From the NCBI RefSeq assembly GCF_018350175.1, contig NC_058377.1:102548001-102612000 (forward strand): a DNA stretch of 64,000 nt. Direction: 5' to 3'. Every line of letters begins with the position of its first letter. Position 1 is the first letter of the stretch. The notes under the pieces are model-generated. The model did not search any database, was not told the DNA's origin, and saw nothing but the letters and a program-made list of their open reading frames with translations. The position numbers and the translations under genes were made by a program. Origin of the DNA: Felis catus. Lineage: Eukaryota. Below, in pieces: positions 1 to 11,800 of the stretch.

Positions 1-297
1 CCTATAAACATCAGAGATTTCTCACAGTTCTGGAGGCAGGAAAGTCCAAGGTCAGGGCACCAGCAAGGTCCTATTGTGATGATGGCTCACTTTGGGGTTG
101 CAGACTGCCTAATTCTAGCTATGTCCTCACATTGTAGAGGGCCAGGGATACGCTGTGGAGCCTCTTTTACAAAGGCACTAATCCCATTCACGAAGCATGA
201 TCTAAGCATTTCTCAAAGGCCCTATCTCCTAATACCATCATTTTGGGGGCTTATTATTTCAACATATGAATTCTGGGGGGACATAAACACTTAGACT
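1..297 (+). mobile_element. MaLR LTR fragment (MLT1-like)
   Basis: tctcacagttctggaggc...ctcttttacaaaggcactaatcccattca...ttcaacatatgaattctggggggacataaac, typical of MLT1. Confidence 0.7.
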
Positions 298-309
298 AAA
301 GCAGGTGGT

Positions 310-1330
310 TACACAGAGGAATGGTCTGATTTTGAAAAGATCGTTGCTCTGTGGATAATGGAAAGAGTTAGGATCAAGGATACAAGTTAGACTTGGGTAG
401 TTTCAGTGTGAGAATTGATAGGGGATTAGACTAGCAGAGGTGGAATTGGTGAGTAGATTGCCTTTGGATATTTTGGAGGTAAGGTACGACTTGGCTGATG
501 GAAGTGGTGGAGAAAAGAAGGTGGAATCAAAGCTGATTTCTGTATTTCTTACTAGAGTAGCTAGATTGGATAGGAGATTGGGGAAATTCATGGAAGGAGG
601 AGAGAATATCAAGAGTCCTACTTTAGCAATATTAAGTGTCAGCTGTCTACTAGTCATCCATATGGAGATGCTGTGCGGACAGGTAGAAAAAAGAAAGAAT
701 CTGGAAGGTTTGGGAAAGTTAGGGGTGAAGGTTTATGGGAGCTGTTGGCTTGTAGAAGTCTTTTAAGGCAGTAAAATTGGATAAAATTCTTTAGGAACTG
801 TATAAATGGAAATCAGAAGATAGAGATGGACTTTCAGGGCACCCAAACATAAGACGCAAAGTATAACGGGAGCTAGCAAAGGAGACTTGGCTATGGATCT
901 GAAAGCATGGAGGTCAGTATTGACCTTATGAGTGTAGTTTTGGAATGGTGGAGATAAAAGTCCTATAGAAATATATATATTATTGAAAAAAATAATATGA
1001 ACTGAAGAAGTAAAGATAACATCTATAGACAACTCTTTCACGAAGCTTTGCTAAGAGGGGGCTGGATGTAGGATTGAGGGAGGGTTTGTTAGTTTTTTTT
1101 AAGATAGGGTGACACAGCATATCAACAGACTAGAGGGAGAGAATTTAATGATTGGTATGGGAATCTTCTTGACACCATTCTGTTTTTTTCTGTGTTTCAA
1201 ATACAAGGTCAAAGGAGAAATTCAGAAGAAAATGTAGGAGTGAAGGGGGTAAGATCCAGAGCACAAGGGGAGAAAGTGCTTTAACATAAGCAGAGACCTC
1301 TCACAAGGACAGGTGGGAAGGCAGCAGGAT
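310..1330 (-). mobile_element. Ancient L2 fragment
   Basis: Degenerate purine-rich sequence resembling antisense L2 3' region. Confidence 0.5.
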
Positions 1331-1347
1331 TTAAACATAAAGAGGGT

Positions 1348-1449
1348 GGGGTGCTTGGCTGGCTCAGTCGGAAGAACATGTGACTCTTGACCTCAGGGTC
1401 GTGAATTCAAGCCTAAGGTTGGGTATAGAGATTACTACAAAAATAAAAG
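1348..1449 (+). mobile_element. CAN-SINE, short type
   Basis: ggggtgcttggctggctcagtcgg head, A-rich tail. Confidence 0.8.
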
Positions 1450-1523
1450 ATCGTTGGTGGTTTTGGTACTGAAAGGGCATTCGTCTCTGCCTAAATCCAA
1501 GGGTAGCAGTTTGTTTTTGTCTG

Positions 1524-1727
1524 TTTTTTTTTTTTTTAAAGTTTATTTGTTTTGAGAGAGAGTGTGGGAGGAGCAGAGAGAGAGAGGGAGAGAAAGAATC
1601 CCAAGCAGGCACTGCACTTTCAGCGAAGAGCCCGATGTAGGGCTCCATCTCACTAACCAAGTGAGATCACAACCTGAGCCCAAACCAAGAGTCTGAGACT
1701 TAACTAACTGAGCCACCCAAGCGCCCC
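1524..1727 (-). mobile_element. CAN-SINE
   Basis: T-run, (GA)n, tgagccacccaagcgcccc. Confidence 0.88.
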
Positions 1728-2540
1728 TGCCTGTTTACCAGTAAGTTGAAGTAAAATTGACCTTGTAGTTTGCCGTCTATCAGCATGAGAAGATGTAAAG
1801 GACTGGAAAACTATACATTAGACAAAAACTATAAGGTGTTATGTGATCTACATAGCAAATTAATTTATTTGAAGTTTGAGTGGTGTGGATACCTCATTGT
1901 TTTAGCCTAGATTTTACTGTGCAGTAGTTTTCAGAAGTGGCTGGTACTTTAAACCTTATGCTCTATTAAACATCCTTTCCAGGAAATATCTTGCATGATC
2001 CTAAAACAAACGGGACAAGAAAATGGAATCTCATCTAAATCTTGGGATAATGATTATGCCACCATTATTGCTCCTCCGGCTAAGAGGCTGGCATCTAGTA
2101 GTCAAGTGTCCTAGGGGAGTTTTAGCTGTGTGGTTGGTTGGTGGAAGATGAAATTTTTATTTTCATTTGGTAGTGTCTCTAGCTAAAAGACAAGACAACT
2201 GACAGGTTATTAGACTGTTGAAAGTAGGAAAAGAAAGACGCCCGATTTGTGAATTTGGGGAAATGAAGTCTTAAAATCAAAAATATGCAGTAGAAAAGTG
2301 AAATATGATTTCCTAAAGAAACAACTTGATTTACAGATAGAAAAGCCTCTATAAATAAAAGAAATACTGTGTCTCCAATAATACTTTAGCTTTGCCTTTT
2401 ATATGGTCTAAAATGTTATCAAGATTTCATTTTTTATCAAAAAAGGGGGGGGGGCTTTCATTTTCTAGTACACACTGCCAGTAAAAGAATTCTATAGTGT
2501 GTTGCAGTAAATGGACTGAAATCCTGAATTGGGATGAATT

Positions 2541-2753
2541 GGGGCGCCTGGGTGGCTCAGTCCGCTAAGCATCTGACCTCTGCTCAGGTCATGATCTCCG
2601 GGCTCATGAGTTCCAGCCCTGCATGGGGCTCTGTTCTGACAGCTCAGAGCCTGGAGCCTGCTTCAGATTTTGTGTCTCCCTCTCTGCCCCTTCCCCGCTC
2701 GTACTCTGTCTCTCTCCCCTTCAAAAATAAATGAACGTTTTTTTTTTTTTAAA
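2541..2753 (+). mobile_element. CAN-SINE (SINEC_Fc-like)
   Basis: ggggcgcctgggtggctcagt head, (CT)n, aataaa tail. Confidence 0.9.
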
Positions 2754-3049
2754 GAATGAACTAGAACCTGATTATATACGCCATGTCAGAGGAGCTAGAC
2801 TAGATCCCAGAAAACCTTTGTCCTTTATCTTGCTGCCTAGTACTAAAGTATCAGACCACAGTTAAACCAGAAACATTTGACACCAAACCCGAGGGCACAC
2901 CGCAGGATTTAGAATCACACTTTACAGGTGAAGAACCTTGATTTCAGAGAAGTGGCTGCTGGAACACTTTGGTTATGTAATAGCCAGAGCTGCTTTCAAA
3001 AGAGAAATGGCCTTGAGCTAAATGAGGAGAGAACAACACCTGGCCTTCC

Positions 3050-4800
3050 TCTTGGGTTCACAGCTGTGTAGGGCTAATTAGGGCAAAGTGTGGCACTGTG
3101 ATCTTCGCGGTCGGCCAGCAGCTCGCCAGGGCTGACAGCCGTCCTCCAGCCTGCATTCCCGGACTGGGCAAAGTTAGGGAAGCGGGCGCCCATCCCCTGT
3201 GCCGCAGTGAGAAACTAAGGAAATGAAGCCCAGAGCCCTCTGGCACTCGGGGGCTGCCACCGCCTCACAAGGCGCTCGCTCCCTGCGCCTCCTGCCACCG
3301 TCGGCACCACGGACGCTGCAAGACTGGCGCCCCTCTCCTTCCTCTTCCTCCGGGGCCTCGGGCAGGAGCTTCGCCCCACACGACTCTTCTAGTCCAGGAG
3401 CCCCCACCGTGTGCGAGCCCCATCCAGACCATTCCATTATCCCGGGATTCTGCTGGCACTAGGGAGCTCGCTCGACCGAGGACGCCTCCGTTAAGATTGC
3501 TTTAAATAAAGTTTTCGCCATCCAAAAAAAAAAAAAAAAAAAAATGGAGGTGGTTGGCTGGGTGGGAGCTATTTCGTCTCCAAGGGGTTAGCCAATGCAC
3601 GAAGGTGCTGAAAGGCGAGGAACGCGGGGCCGACTGGCGATTGGTTATACAGGAAGCCTGTCTGGGTCGTACCACACTTCCTTGGAGGGGTTCTAGAGAA
3701 TAAGAGAGGCTAGGTCCTTGCTTTTGAGTATTTCCAGCACACACATGTAATTATTTTTACTTCCAAGGATTTCTTCCTGGATACTGTGGGGCTAGCCTAT
3801 GGGAAGCAGGAAAAAGACTTTCCCGGACATTTCCCCATTTCCGACTCCGCAGTACGCCACTCCTCCTCTCCCAGTCGTCTGCGGAACCCGACGGCCCTGC
3901 GCGCGCGCGCTCGTTCTCTCGCGTGTGTACGGCGCCGTGCTCCTGCAGCCAATCAGGCCGCGAGGTCGCCGCGGTCGCCGGGTTCGCGCGCACGCCCTGG
4001 AGCGGAGTGGGGGTGGGGGCTATGGGTGAATGGGAGAGTGAGCGGGGGCGGGCGCGGCGGCGCGAGCCGCATGAATGAGAGAAACGTGCCCCGCGCGAGA
4101 CGTCGCGCGCGCCCGGGACGGGGAGCCAATGGGAACGCTGGGAGGGCTCGAGACCCGGCACTGAGGGCAACGGCCGCGCGCCGGCTCGAAGACGAGCGTC
4201 GCCGAGCGGGAGCGCGCGTAGCAGGGCGGGCGTGGAGCGTGCGGGGGCCGCGCGCGGCCTCTCAGAGGCCGGACGGCACTGCCGGGAGGCGGCGGCGACA
4301 ACGACGGCGGCGGTGACGGGAACCGCGCCGGGGGTGAGTACCGGGGACACCGGCCCCTGCGGAACCGGAAGTGCCGGGCCAGGGAGGTGGGAGGGGAGAG
4401 TGACCTCTAGGGAAGGGGGACCGAGAAAAGGGGGAGGTGGTTTGAGGCCCCATTCCTGCTCCGGGCCGGGTCATCCAACTGCGGCGAGACCCGTGGGCCC
4501 CGGAAACGGACGACGAGTAGAGGCCGGGGATCCGCGGCCGCCGGGGCTCTGGACGGGTTAGTGCCCGGCCGCCCGGTCCTGGCCCGGGACCCTGGTCCCT
4601 GCGCGCCTGGCGCCCGGCCGCCGCCCCTTCCGCCCCCGGTCCTGCGCCCCCGGGCTCTGCCGTCTCCCGCAGCCTCGGTGGGCCCTGCGGCCGCGGATTC
4701 CGTCTTCTCGGTCTCAGCCAGCTCTGCCCCGTATGGTGATTCTCCGTCTCCAGCTCCAGGGTGGCGACTGGGTGCTGTTCCCCTTTTGCCTCCCTGCATT
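3050..4800. promoter_or_regulatory. ZDHHC5: CpG island / ZDHHC5 promoter
   Basis: Dense CG dinucleotides, several CCAAT boxes (about 3591, 3638, 3949, 4125), ETS ccggaagt near 4365. Confidence 0.85.
4265..4333 (+). other. ZDHHC5: ZDHHC5 non-coding exon 1 (TSS approximate)
   Basis: Inside CpG island; ends at donor GG|GTGAGT (intron starts 4334). Confidence 0.6.
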
Positions 4801-6426
4801 TCAGGTCCCTTGCCCTCCTCTGCTGATACTTATTTTGGCTCAAGCCTCATCCTGTTACCTGTTCTCTCGCATCCGTCCGCTTTCTCCCCCTACCCCCACC
4901 AGCTGGGTGCTCCGTGCTTTTAGTACTTTGTACTTTTTGCTAGTGGAGCTCGAATGTGTTGGCCAATATTTTACCTATAGGTCTCTCTTTGTGGGACAAA
5001 GGGGTGGAAAGTGTTTTACCCACTTGGCCAAATGAAAACACTTTAACGAGAAGTAAGAAAGTGATTTAAAAGTTATGGAAGGAGGTGTAGGATCGGATAT
5101 GTGTTATATTCTGGTCCTTTTATTTGCGTTGGATTTTTCACTTCCTGGTTAGTACCATTTTGTCTAGGTTGATCTTATATTAGCATCCCTGTCCTTTTGT
5201 CCCAGTATCCCTCTGTACTCCATCAAATCTCTTCAGAATGCTCATAATCACCCATTTTTAAAAATCCGCCTGATGCCTACAGGAATTGTATTGCCATACA
5301 TACATACCTCCTAGGTAGTAACACCAGTATTAAACTTATGCTTGACTCCAGCCAACATCTCGACATGTGGATTATTCCATGATACCTTGGTTGCTTTGTG
5401 TTCAGATTTACTATATTGCTCTGTTAACATTACTTTATTTCGACAAATAATACTTGTGTTATGGTAATACTGCCCATACCCATTTGCCCCCTTTAAGGAG
5501 GTACCCACTTGTGTTAAGCCTTTACAGCGAGCCCTCTATAGTTTGTTTTACATATACATATTTCCATTCGGTAGATTACTCTGTGTCTGCATGTGTCATA
5601 CACATTCTTGTACACCTTTCTCATGCTGGTGTGGATCCAGACTGCTGGCTGTGATGAACCACACTCACCTTGCAGTCTCATCCCTACTGCCCGTAGCACA
5701 TTCTTCTGTTAAGACTTGGTGTGTGTTTATTATGCCGAGTAAATTGTTCAGTTTTTGTCTTCTCCCTTCTCACATATGTGCCCTAAAGATTTCAGATGCT
5801 GATCTCTTTTGTTTCCCGTCACAGTACTCCCCAAATTGCATGGCCTTTTATGACCCTGTGACCCTGTATTGCTGTGGCAATATGAGCCCATGTGACTTTT
5901 TTCTTGTCAGAAAATACAATCTGAAATAACGTAAGGTGTCTAAATGCTATTACTTCGGGTAAAACTTAAGCAGTGCAGCTTTCTGCCTTCTCTACATCTT
6001 TGGGCTTTTGAGGGGTAAGTTTAATAGTACTGCCCACAAACCAAGAATTTGCTTCTCAGTGTTTACAAAGTTACTCAGGCCTAAATTGAGACGGTTGGGC
6101 TTTCAGTCCTATAGAAACTCAGTGTTAAATAATCATAAAATCAAGAGCTAGAGGGGATTTATCTTTTTTAGGCCTTTAACAATTTCTTATAGTCTCTAAG
6201 TGTTCACTGTATTCTAATATTGCTGTTTGGCCCTGTAAAACTCTGTTTTTTTAAGGAAAGAGACAGTGAATCTTGAAGGAAGGTGCCTTTGCCTTCCATA
6301 CCACAGGTAAGAGAGGAAGCGGTAAATTCCAGGGCACATTTGTATTTTGCTGTCTGAATCTTCTGACATTTGAATCTCTGCCTTTGGTATTAAGGGAAGT
6401 AGCAGGCTGCTTCGGTCAAATAAACT

Positions 6427-6587
6427 TTTATTTTTTACCTATTTATTTATTTATTTATCTATTTAGTTAGTTAGTTAGTTATTTTAAAGTAGGCTCCACA
6501 CAGGGCTTGAACTCACTACCTTGAGATAAAGACCTGGGCTAAGATCACGAGTCAGATGCCTAACCAACTAAGCCATCCAGGCACTCC
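6427..6587 (-). mobile_element. CAN-SINE, short type, with (ATTT)n(AGTT)n tail microsatellite
   Basis: agccatccaggcactcc end; compound tetranucleotide at 6440-6482. Confidence 0.8.
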
Positions 6588-7636
6588 TGAACTTTTATTT
6601 TTAAATTCTAACTTAAGTAAAATTTTTGGTCTTCAGATTCCAAAATGTAATCACTGGGCAAGTAGTGTAGTGGATGAGAAAGTGGTAGAAAGGCTTTGGT
6701 TTGGCAAAGGGGCATGTGAACTCTGGTTCTTAACCTGACTGTTCAAGCGATTAAGTAGAATGGCCTCAGGCATTCTCTAGCCTTCAATTTTATGGAGTGG
6801 GGTAAGGGACTGTGTCACCAGATAATGTGAGTTAAGTGCTTTGAGATCACTAGATGAAAAGCATCCTATAAAATCCAAAGTGCTGGTGTTATTTGGGTAC
6901 TACCGTCAACAGAAATAATTGTTACTCTTAATCATATGGGGAATGTGGGGCGCAGTTGAACTTCTGATAGGCCAGTGTAGGAATAAGGTGTTGAATTGGC
7001 AAGAACAGGACCAGCCCCTATGGTTGACTCGGAGTCTCATAGAGAGTGGCTCACCTCTCAGTTCAAGGACATTTCTCACCCAGGTCCTTTCATGGGTTAT
7101 TCCAGCAGACCAAAAACTCAGCATCGGCCGCTTCAGGGTTATAACTAAAAAGCATAGAGAGATAAGAGACAGAGACCTACACAGAAAGGAAATGAGACAT
7201 ACTGTCCTAATTTTGAGGTTACTTTCTTCTTTTTTCATTGTTGCAATAAATACTCTCTTTTTCCAAAGAGAAGTCTCTTTTCTAGGACTGCCCTTCACCG
7301 CGGTGCTCTTGTATGTTTTTAGATTTTGATATTCTTGATATTTGTTACTGCCCGTTGGTGTCAGGTGAGACGCACCCCTTACAAGAGCTAGTTCTTTGAT
7401 GACCTTAGGCCAGTGAAGCCATGTTCTTCTTTCCAATATGAACAGCACTGAGAAGAAGTAAAGATTGTGAATCCGTTGTTCTCTCAATTCAGAGTCCTTT
7501 CCCACCTGCACATAAGTGAAATGTATGCCATAAAAGGCACGTTTTAAACAGAGTAGCCTGTGGGGTTTAGTCTTGATGTTTTCAAGAAATTCCCTGAAAG
7601 AATTTATCTGATAAAGGTATTTTTTTTTCCCCCCAG

Positions 7637-8852
7637 GTGAATCACTGTAACCCAGTTGAATTCTGCATCTAGAAAGCCCAAGACTGAAGAAGAAAGATCA
7701 GAGACATTGACTAACCTGGAAACAGGGACTTCTTTGGAACTTTGGTTTCATCATCCACAGTACCCTTTTAAAACTATCGTTGAGTGGAATTGATTTCTTC
7801 ATCTTATTTTGCTTGTTGGGAAGAACATGGCTTCAGGGATTTTACGTTTCTCCTTAGTTTTGCATGAACTTGATAGGAAACGGAGCCCTTAGGGGGCTTG
7901 GGAATGACAAGAAGAGATTGAAGACCGACAAGCTCGCTTGCATGCGCGCTCTCTCTCTTTCTCTCTGTTTTCCCTCCCCCTTTGAAGAAAAGGATTTGCA
8001 ACTCAACCTTGTAACGGCTGCTGCCCAGCTTTAGCCATCAAGAGAAAATAAATAAAATTAAACCACCATTGCTGGACTACAGACCCTGAAGTCAAGGTGT
8101 GGGAGTGGTGGCATTGAGGAAACTGCCTAAAAGGGACGAGGACCGCAGTGAAAACCGCTTCTCCTCAGAACTGGAAGGGGCCTCAGGTTCCCTTTTGGAT
8201 TAAAATAGAAACACAGGGCGCACCTCTCTGAGGGGCACCTCACATCTTGTGGAGTGTGGTAGTCCTGGAGGTGCTGTAGTGTCTCAGAAGACTTTTGCCT
8301 TGCCCAAGGTGTTCTGCCCTGCCAGACAGTCTCCCCTTCTTGCCCTTGGAAGACTTGCCTCCATCCATGAGCTGTTCCTCGATCTGTCTGGTGGCCCATG
8401 TTCTCCACCCGCAACCATTTGCATGTGTACAGCCTGCTGTTTGTCCCCTCTTTGTAGACTGTACGAGTTGTGTTTCTTAATCTCTCCTTCTGCCTTGTTC
8501 TGGGGAGGTGGTTATTCATCATTTCGAATCACCTTTCCCCCTCCCATGGGCTTTCCTTCATTTGAGATCTTTTGACCTTTGGTTTTATTTGGGAGGGGGA
8601 AGGGTGATACTTTCACAATTTCGGTTTCCCCTGGTTTCCTTCTGTGCTCTCGTTGTCCACTGCTTCCCTCATCCCATTTTCTTGTCTGTTCTGCCGCTGT
8701 GTGGGCCTGGGCTATGCGGCAGGGCAGACCTCCCATCAGAGCTCCAACATGCCCGCAGAGTCTGGAAAGAGATTCAAGCCCAGCAAGTATGTTCCAGTCT
8801 CCGCAGCCGCCATCTTCTTAGTGGGAGCTACGACCCTCTTCTTTGCCTTTAC
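7637..8852 (+). other. ZDHHC5: ZDHHC5 exon 2: long 5'UTR plus first 104 coding nt
   Basis: Strong acceptor ttttttttccccccag|G at 7636; no repeats in the interval; ATG 8749; donor AC|GTGAGT. The 5' boundary is inferred. Confidence 0.65.
8749..8852 (+). CDS. ZDHHC5: ZDHHC5 coding exon 1
   Basis: [35 protein letters not shown]; donor gtgagt. Confidence 0.96.
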
Positions 8853-11800
8853 GTGAGTTCTCCCCCAGTGGTGGTATCCGGGGGGGGGGGGGGGGGGGCA
8901 TTCCATGGGAGGTGGGGTGGGGGTGCGGTTTCTCTGGAGTTTTGCCTGTTACTTGCCAGGCCTGGGTGGCTTGGTGTCCGATAGAGGTGAAAACAAACCT
9001 CAGAGACCTGGGGAGACGAGTGCGAAAAAGCCTGTCCTATCAGCCTTGCTATGTATGAATTGTACTCTTCTGAATCCCCTACCTTTCATTGCTTCCCTTC
9101 CTTTGGAATCACAGATGTCTTTGTGTTTTCCTATCCAGCTCCATCACGAGATGATCGTGAACTAGGAAGGAAGTAGGAGGAAACCACCAGAGAGGCTTGA
9201 AGCAGCTCAAGCAATCAGTTCTGTGAGAGAAAGAACCAGACTAGATGAGAGGTTTTTCACAGAGTAATGGCTTTTCCCCGGGCTCTCTGGAGCTGAGCAT
9301 ACTGGAGAATTGCAGGATTGATTTAGAAGATATACCAATGAGACAGCTGGGCTTTTTGTGTTACTCAGATGGTTTTCTCTGTACTCTTAAGAGCCGACGC
9401 CTGGAGAAGTGAAGGCCACTGGGAAAGGGCAGGCTTTATTTAGGAAGAGCCCTGGCGGGCTGCCTTCACATCCCTCCCTGCTGAGGGGATGGCAGTAATT
9501 CTTGCATTCCCTGGTCCTATTAGGAAGAGCCGTTGGCATCGAAAGGTTTCCTGCTTAGGGTATTCAGACTTTGTTCATCTGCCGGTCACTGGAGGAGACT
9601 GATTGATCTTCCCTCATCCTGTATTTTAGCTGTTACCCACCTGGCCAGCCTCTTTGCTGTTACCTGTTTATAAATTAATGTGTACCCGGCTTCTGAGCCT
9701 TAAACTGTTGAGTCACTGAGTTAGTGTTCTAGCTGTAGCTCTTGGAACAATCAGAGCATGCTAGATTTTCTGGGGAGTTCACTTTGCCGAGATTGAGGCT
9801 CAGACCTAATTGTGAGGTGTTGTTGAGAGCAGTGTGAGGTTGCTGGCAAGGGGAAGGAGATGGTTCGATGGGATAGGGAATAAAAGCAGTTTCGACTCAT
9901 TAAAGGAAAAATGAAGCAGGAATTGCTGGCGGTGGGGGGAGAGGGGAGCAGTTACTATAATGCGGAGAAACCGAGAACTGTTATTAAATTCGAGGAGGGG
10001 AGGAAGACCACCCCCCCCACCTCCTGCCCCAAGTTGAGCTTCAGATACCAAAAGGAATTCTAAAAGATTTGTGTTGCTTGGCTAGTAGAGTCAGTAAAGC
10101 AATGATATTTTTCTGTTGAGTCTTAAACGGGGAAAAAAAATGAATCTCTTATCTGAGGTATGAGCATCTTCCAACTTTCACCTGTTCCTCTGGAGGCTGG
10201 AGGATTCTTTGGCCCTCAGCTCTCCAGCCTGAGCATGCCTGTTGAGTCCCTCAAGGATCTAAAGCAGCCCTACTCTTCTCTGACTTTTACCTCTCATAGT
10301 TTGTCTCTCTTGCTTAAATTCAACACGTTCAGTATTCAGTCCCTTTTTTTTTTTTTTTTTTTAAGTTTATTCCTTTTGAGAGGGAATGTGTGTGAGCCAG
10401 GGAGGGGCAGAAAGAGAGGGAGAAAAATTCGCAAGCAGGCTCCATGCTGTCAGCACAGAGCCCGATGCGGGGCTTGATCTCCTGAGCAGCATCTCCTGAC
10501 CAGGAGTCAGATGCTGAACCGACTGAGCCACCCAGGCGCCCCCAGTGTTCTGTCCTTCGTGCATTGATTATCGAGAAAGAGGTGTGAGTCTTCAGTATGA
10601 CTTGTTTTGGTTTCTGCTATTACGGCCAGCAAGTAGAATCAGCGTTTTTTTTTTTTAAGATTTTAAAATTTTGACATAATCTCTACATCCAACATGGGGC
10701 TGGAACTCAGAACCTTAAGATCAAGAGTCTCCTGCTCTGCTGACTGAGCCAGCCGGGCTCCCCTTGAATCAGCATTTTAACCAAGGGATGTGTATATCCT
10801 TGTGGCAGTTGCGGTGCTGTGTCAGGAGGGATAGATTATAAGACCAGGTTGACACCTTTAGGCCTGCTTAATTCGGGAGGGTCTGTTTTCCTTCAAAAGG
10901 CACAGCCTTGGGGCGCTTGGGTGGCGCAGTCGGTTAAGCGTCTGGCTTCAGCCAGGTCACGATCTCGCGGTCCGTGAGTTCGAGCCCCGCGTCGGGCTCT
11001 GGGTTGATGGTTCAGAGCCTGGAGCCTGTCTCCGATTCTGTGTCTCTCTTCCCCTCCCCCGTTCATGCTCTGTCTCTCTCTGTCCCAAAAATAAATAAAT
11101 GTTGAAAAAAAATTAAAAAAAAAAAAAAAGGCACAGCCTTGGGGCAGCTAAGAAATTGAAGGGACTCACGGAGCGGTTTCTTTCTTCTAACCCACCTATT
11201 CCTGAGATAGGGCAGGCAGAAGCCCCATTCTTATTTTGTTAATCTGGAGCCATTAAAGTGCTTGGCTGGTTCTACCAGTTTCGCCACAAAGAGTTGTCCT
11301 GACGTAGGCATTTTCTCAACTGATAGTTGAAGCTATTTAACCTACTTTCTCATTCCTTGGTGCCTGGAAGTAGGGGCCCTCCTAATTCCATGGTGTCTCA
11401 GCCCCAGGAAAAAGAATTTTGGACAGTATGGACTTTGGAATGACTGCCTCCAATCCAGAGTTCGAAGAAGAGCCTTGTCCTAGCTGGAGTCTCCCTTGGC
11501 AGTTTCCTCAGGACCAGTTTCTGGGCTCGTTTCTTCCCCATGGAGACAAACACCCTATTTCTCTTTATCACCTACCTCTTGGTACCTGTGAAATTATCAT
11601 CTTTTCCTTTCCATCTGACCGTAGCGGTTCCTCTGTAGGTGTAGGTCTGGGCTGAGCTGCTGCTGTTCTCAAAAACTGTTCCCCCGTGGATTCTGTCTCT
11701 TTTAAGGTGCAATTCTTTGGAGAACCTCCCTGTTTGAAACTATTTACAACCTAAAAAAGAATTTCTGGTTTCAGATAGACCAGAGGAAGACTCGTTTTTG

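Noticed and set aside
3757-4923. Overlapping 100-200 aa ORFs on both strands
   Set aside because: Arg/Gly/Pro/Ala-rich products expected from a stop-poor CpG island; no domain features; they overlap the ZDHHC5 promoter
6906-7511. 201-aa (-) and 136-aa (+) ORFs in ZDHHC5 intron 1
   Set aside because: No recognisable family and no convincing splice or Kozak support; compatible with chance. A BLAST or PhyloCSF check would settle it
10794-10801. ATATCCTT, an AT-AC U12 donor-like motif
   Set aside because: Isolated, with no upstream exon or matching branch point and AC acceptor
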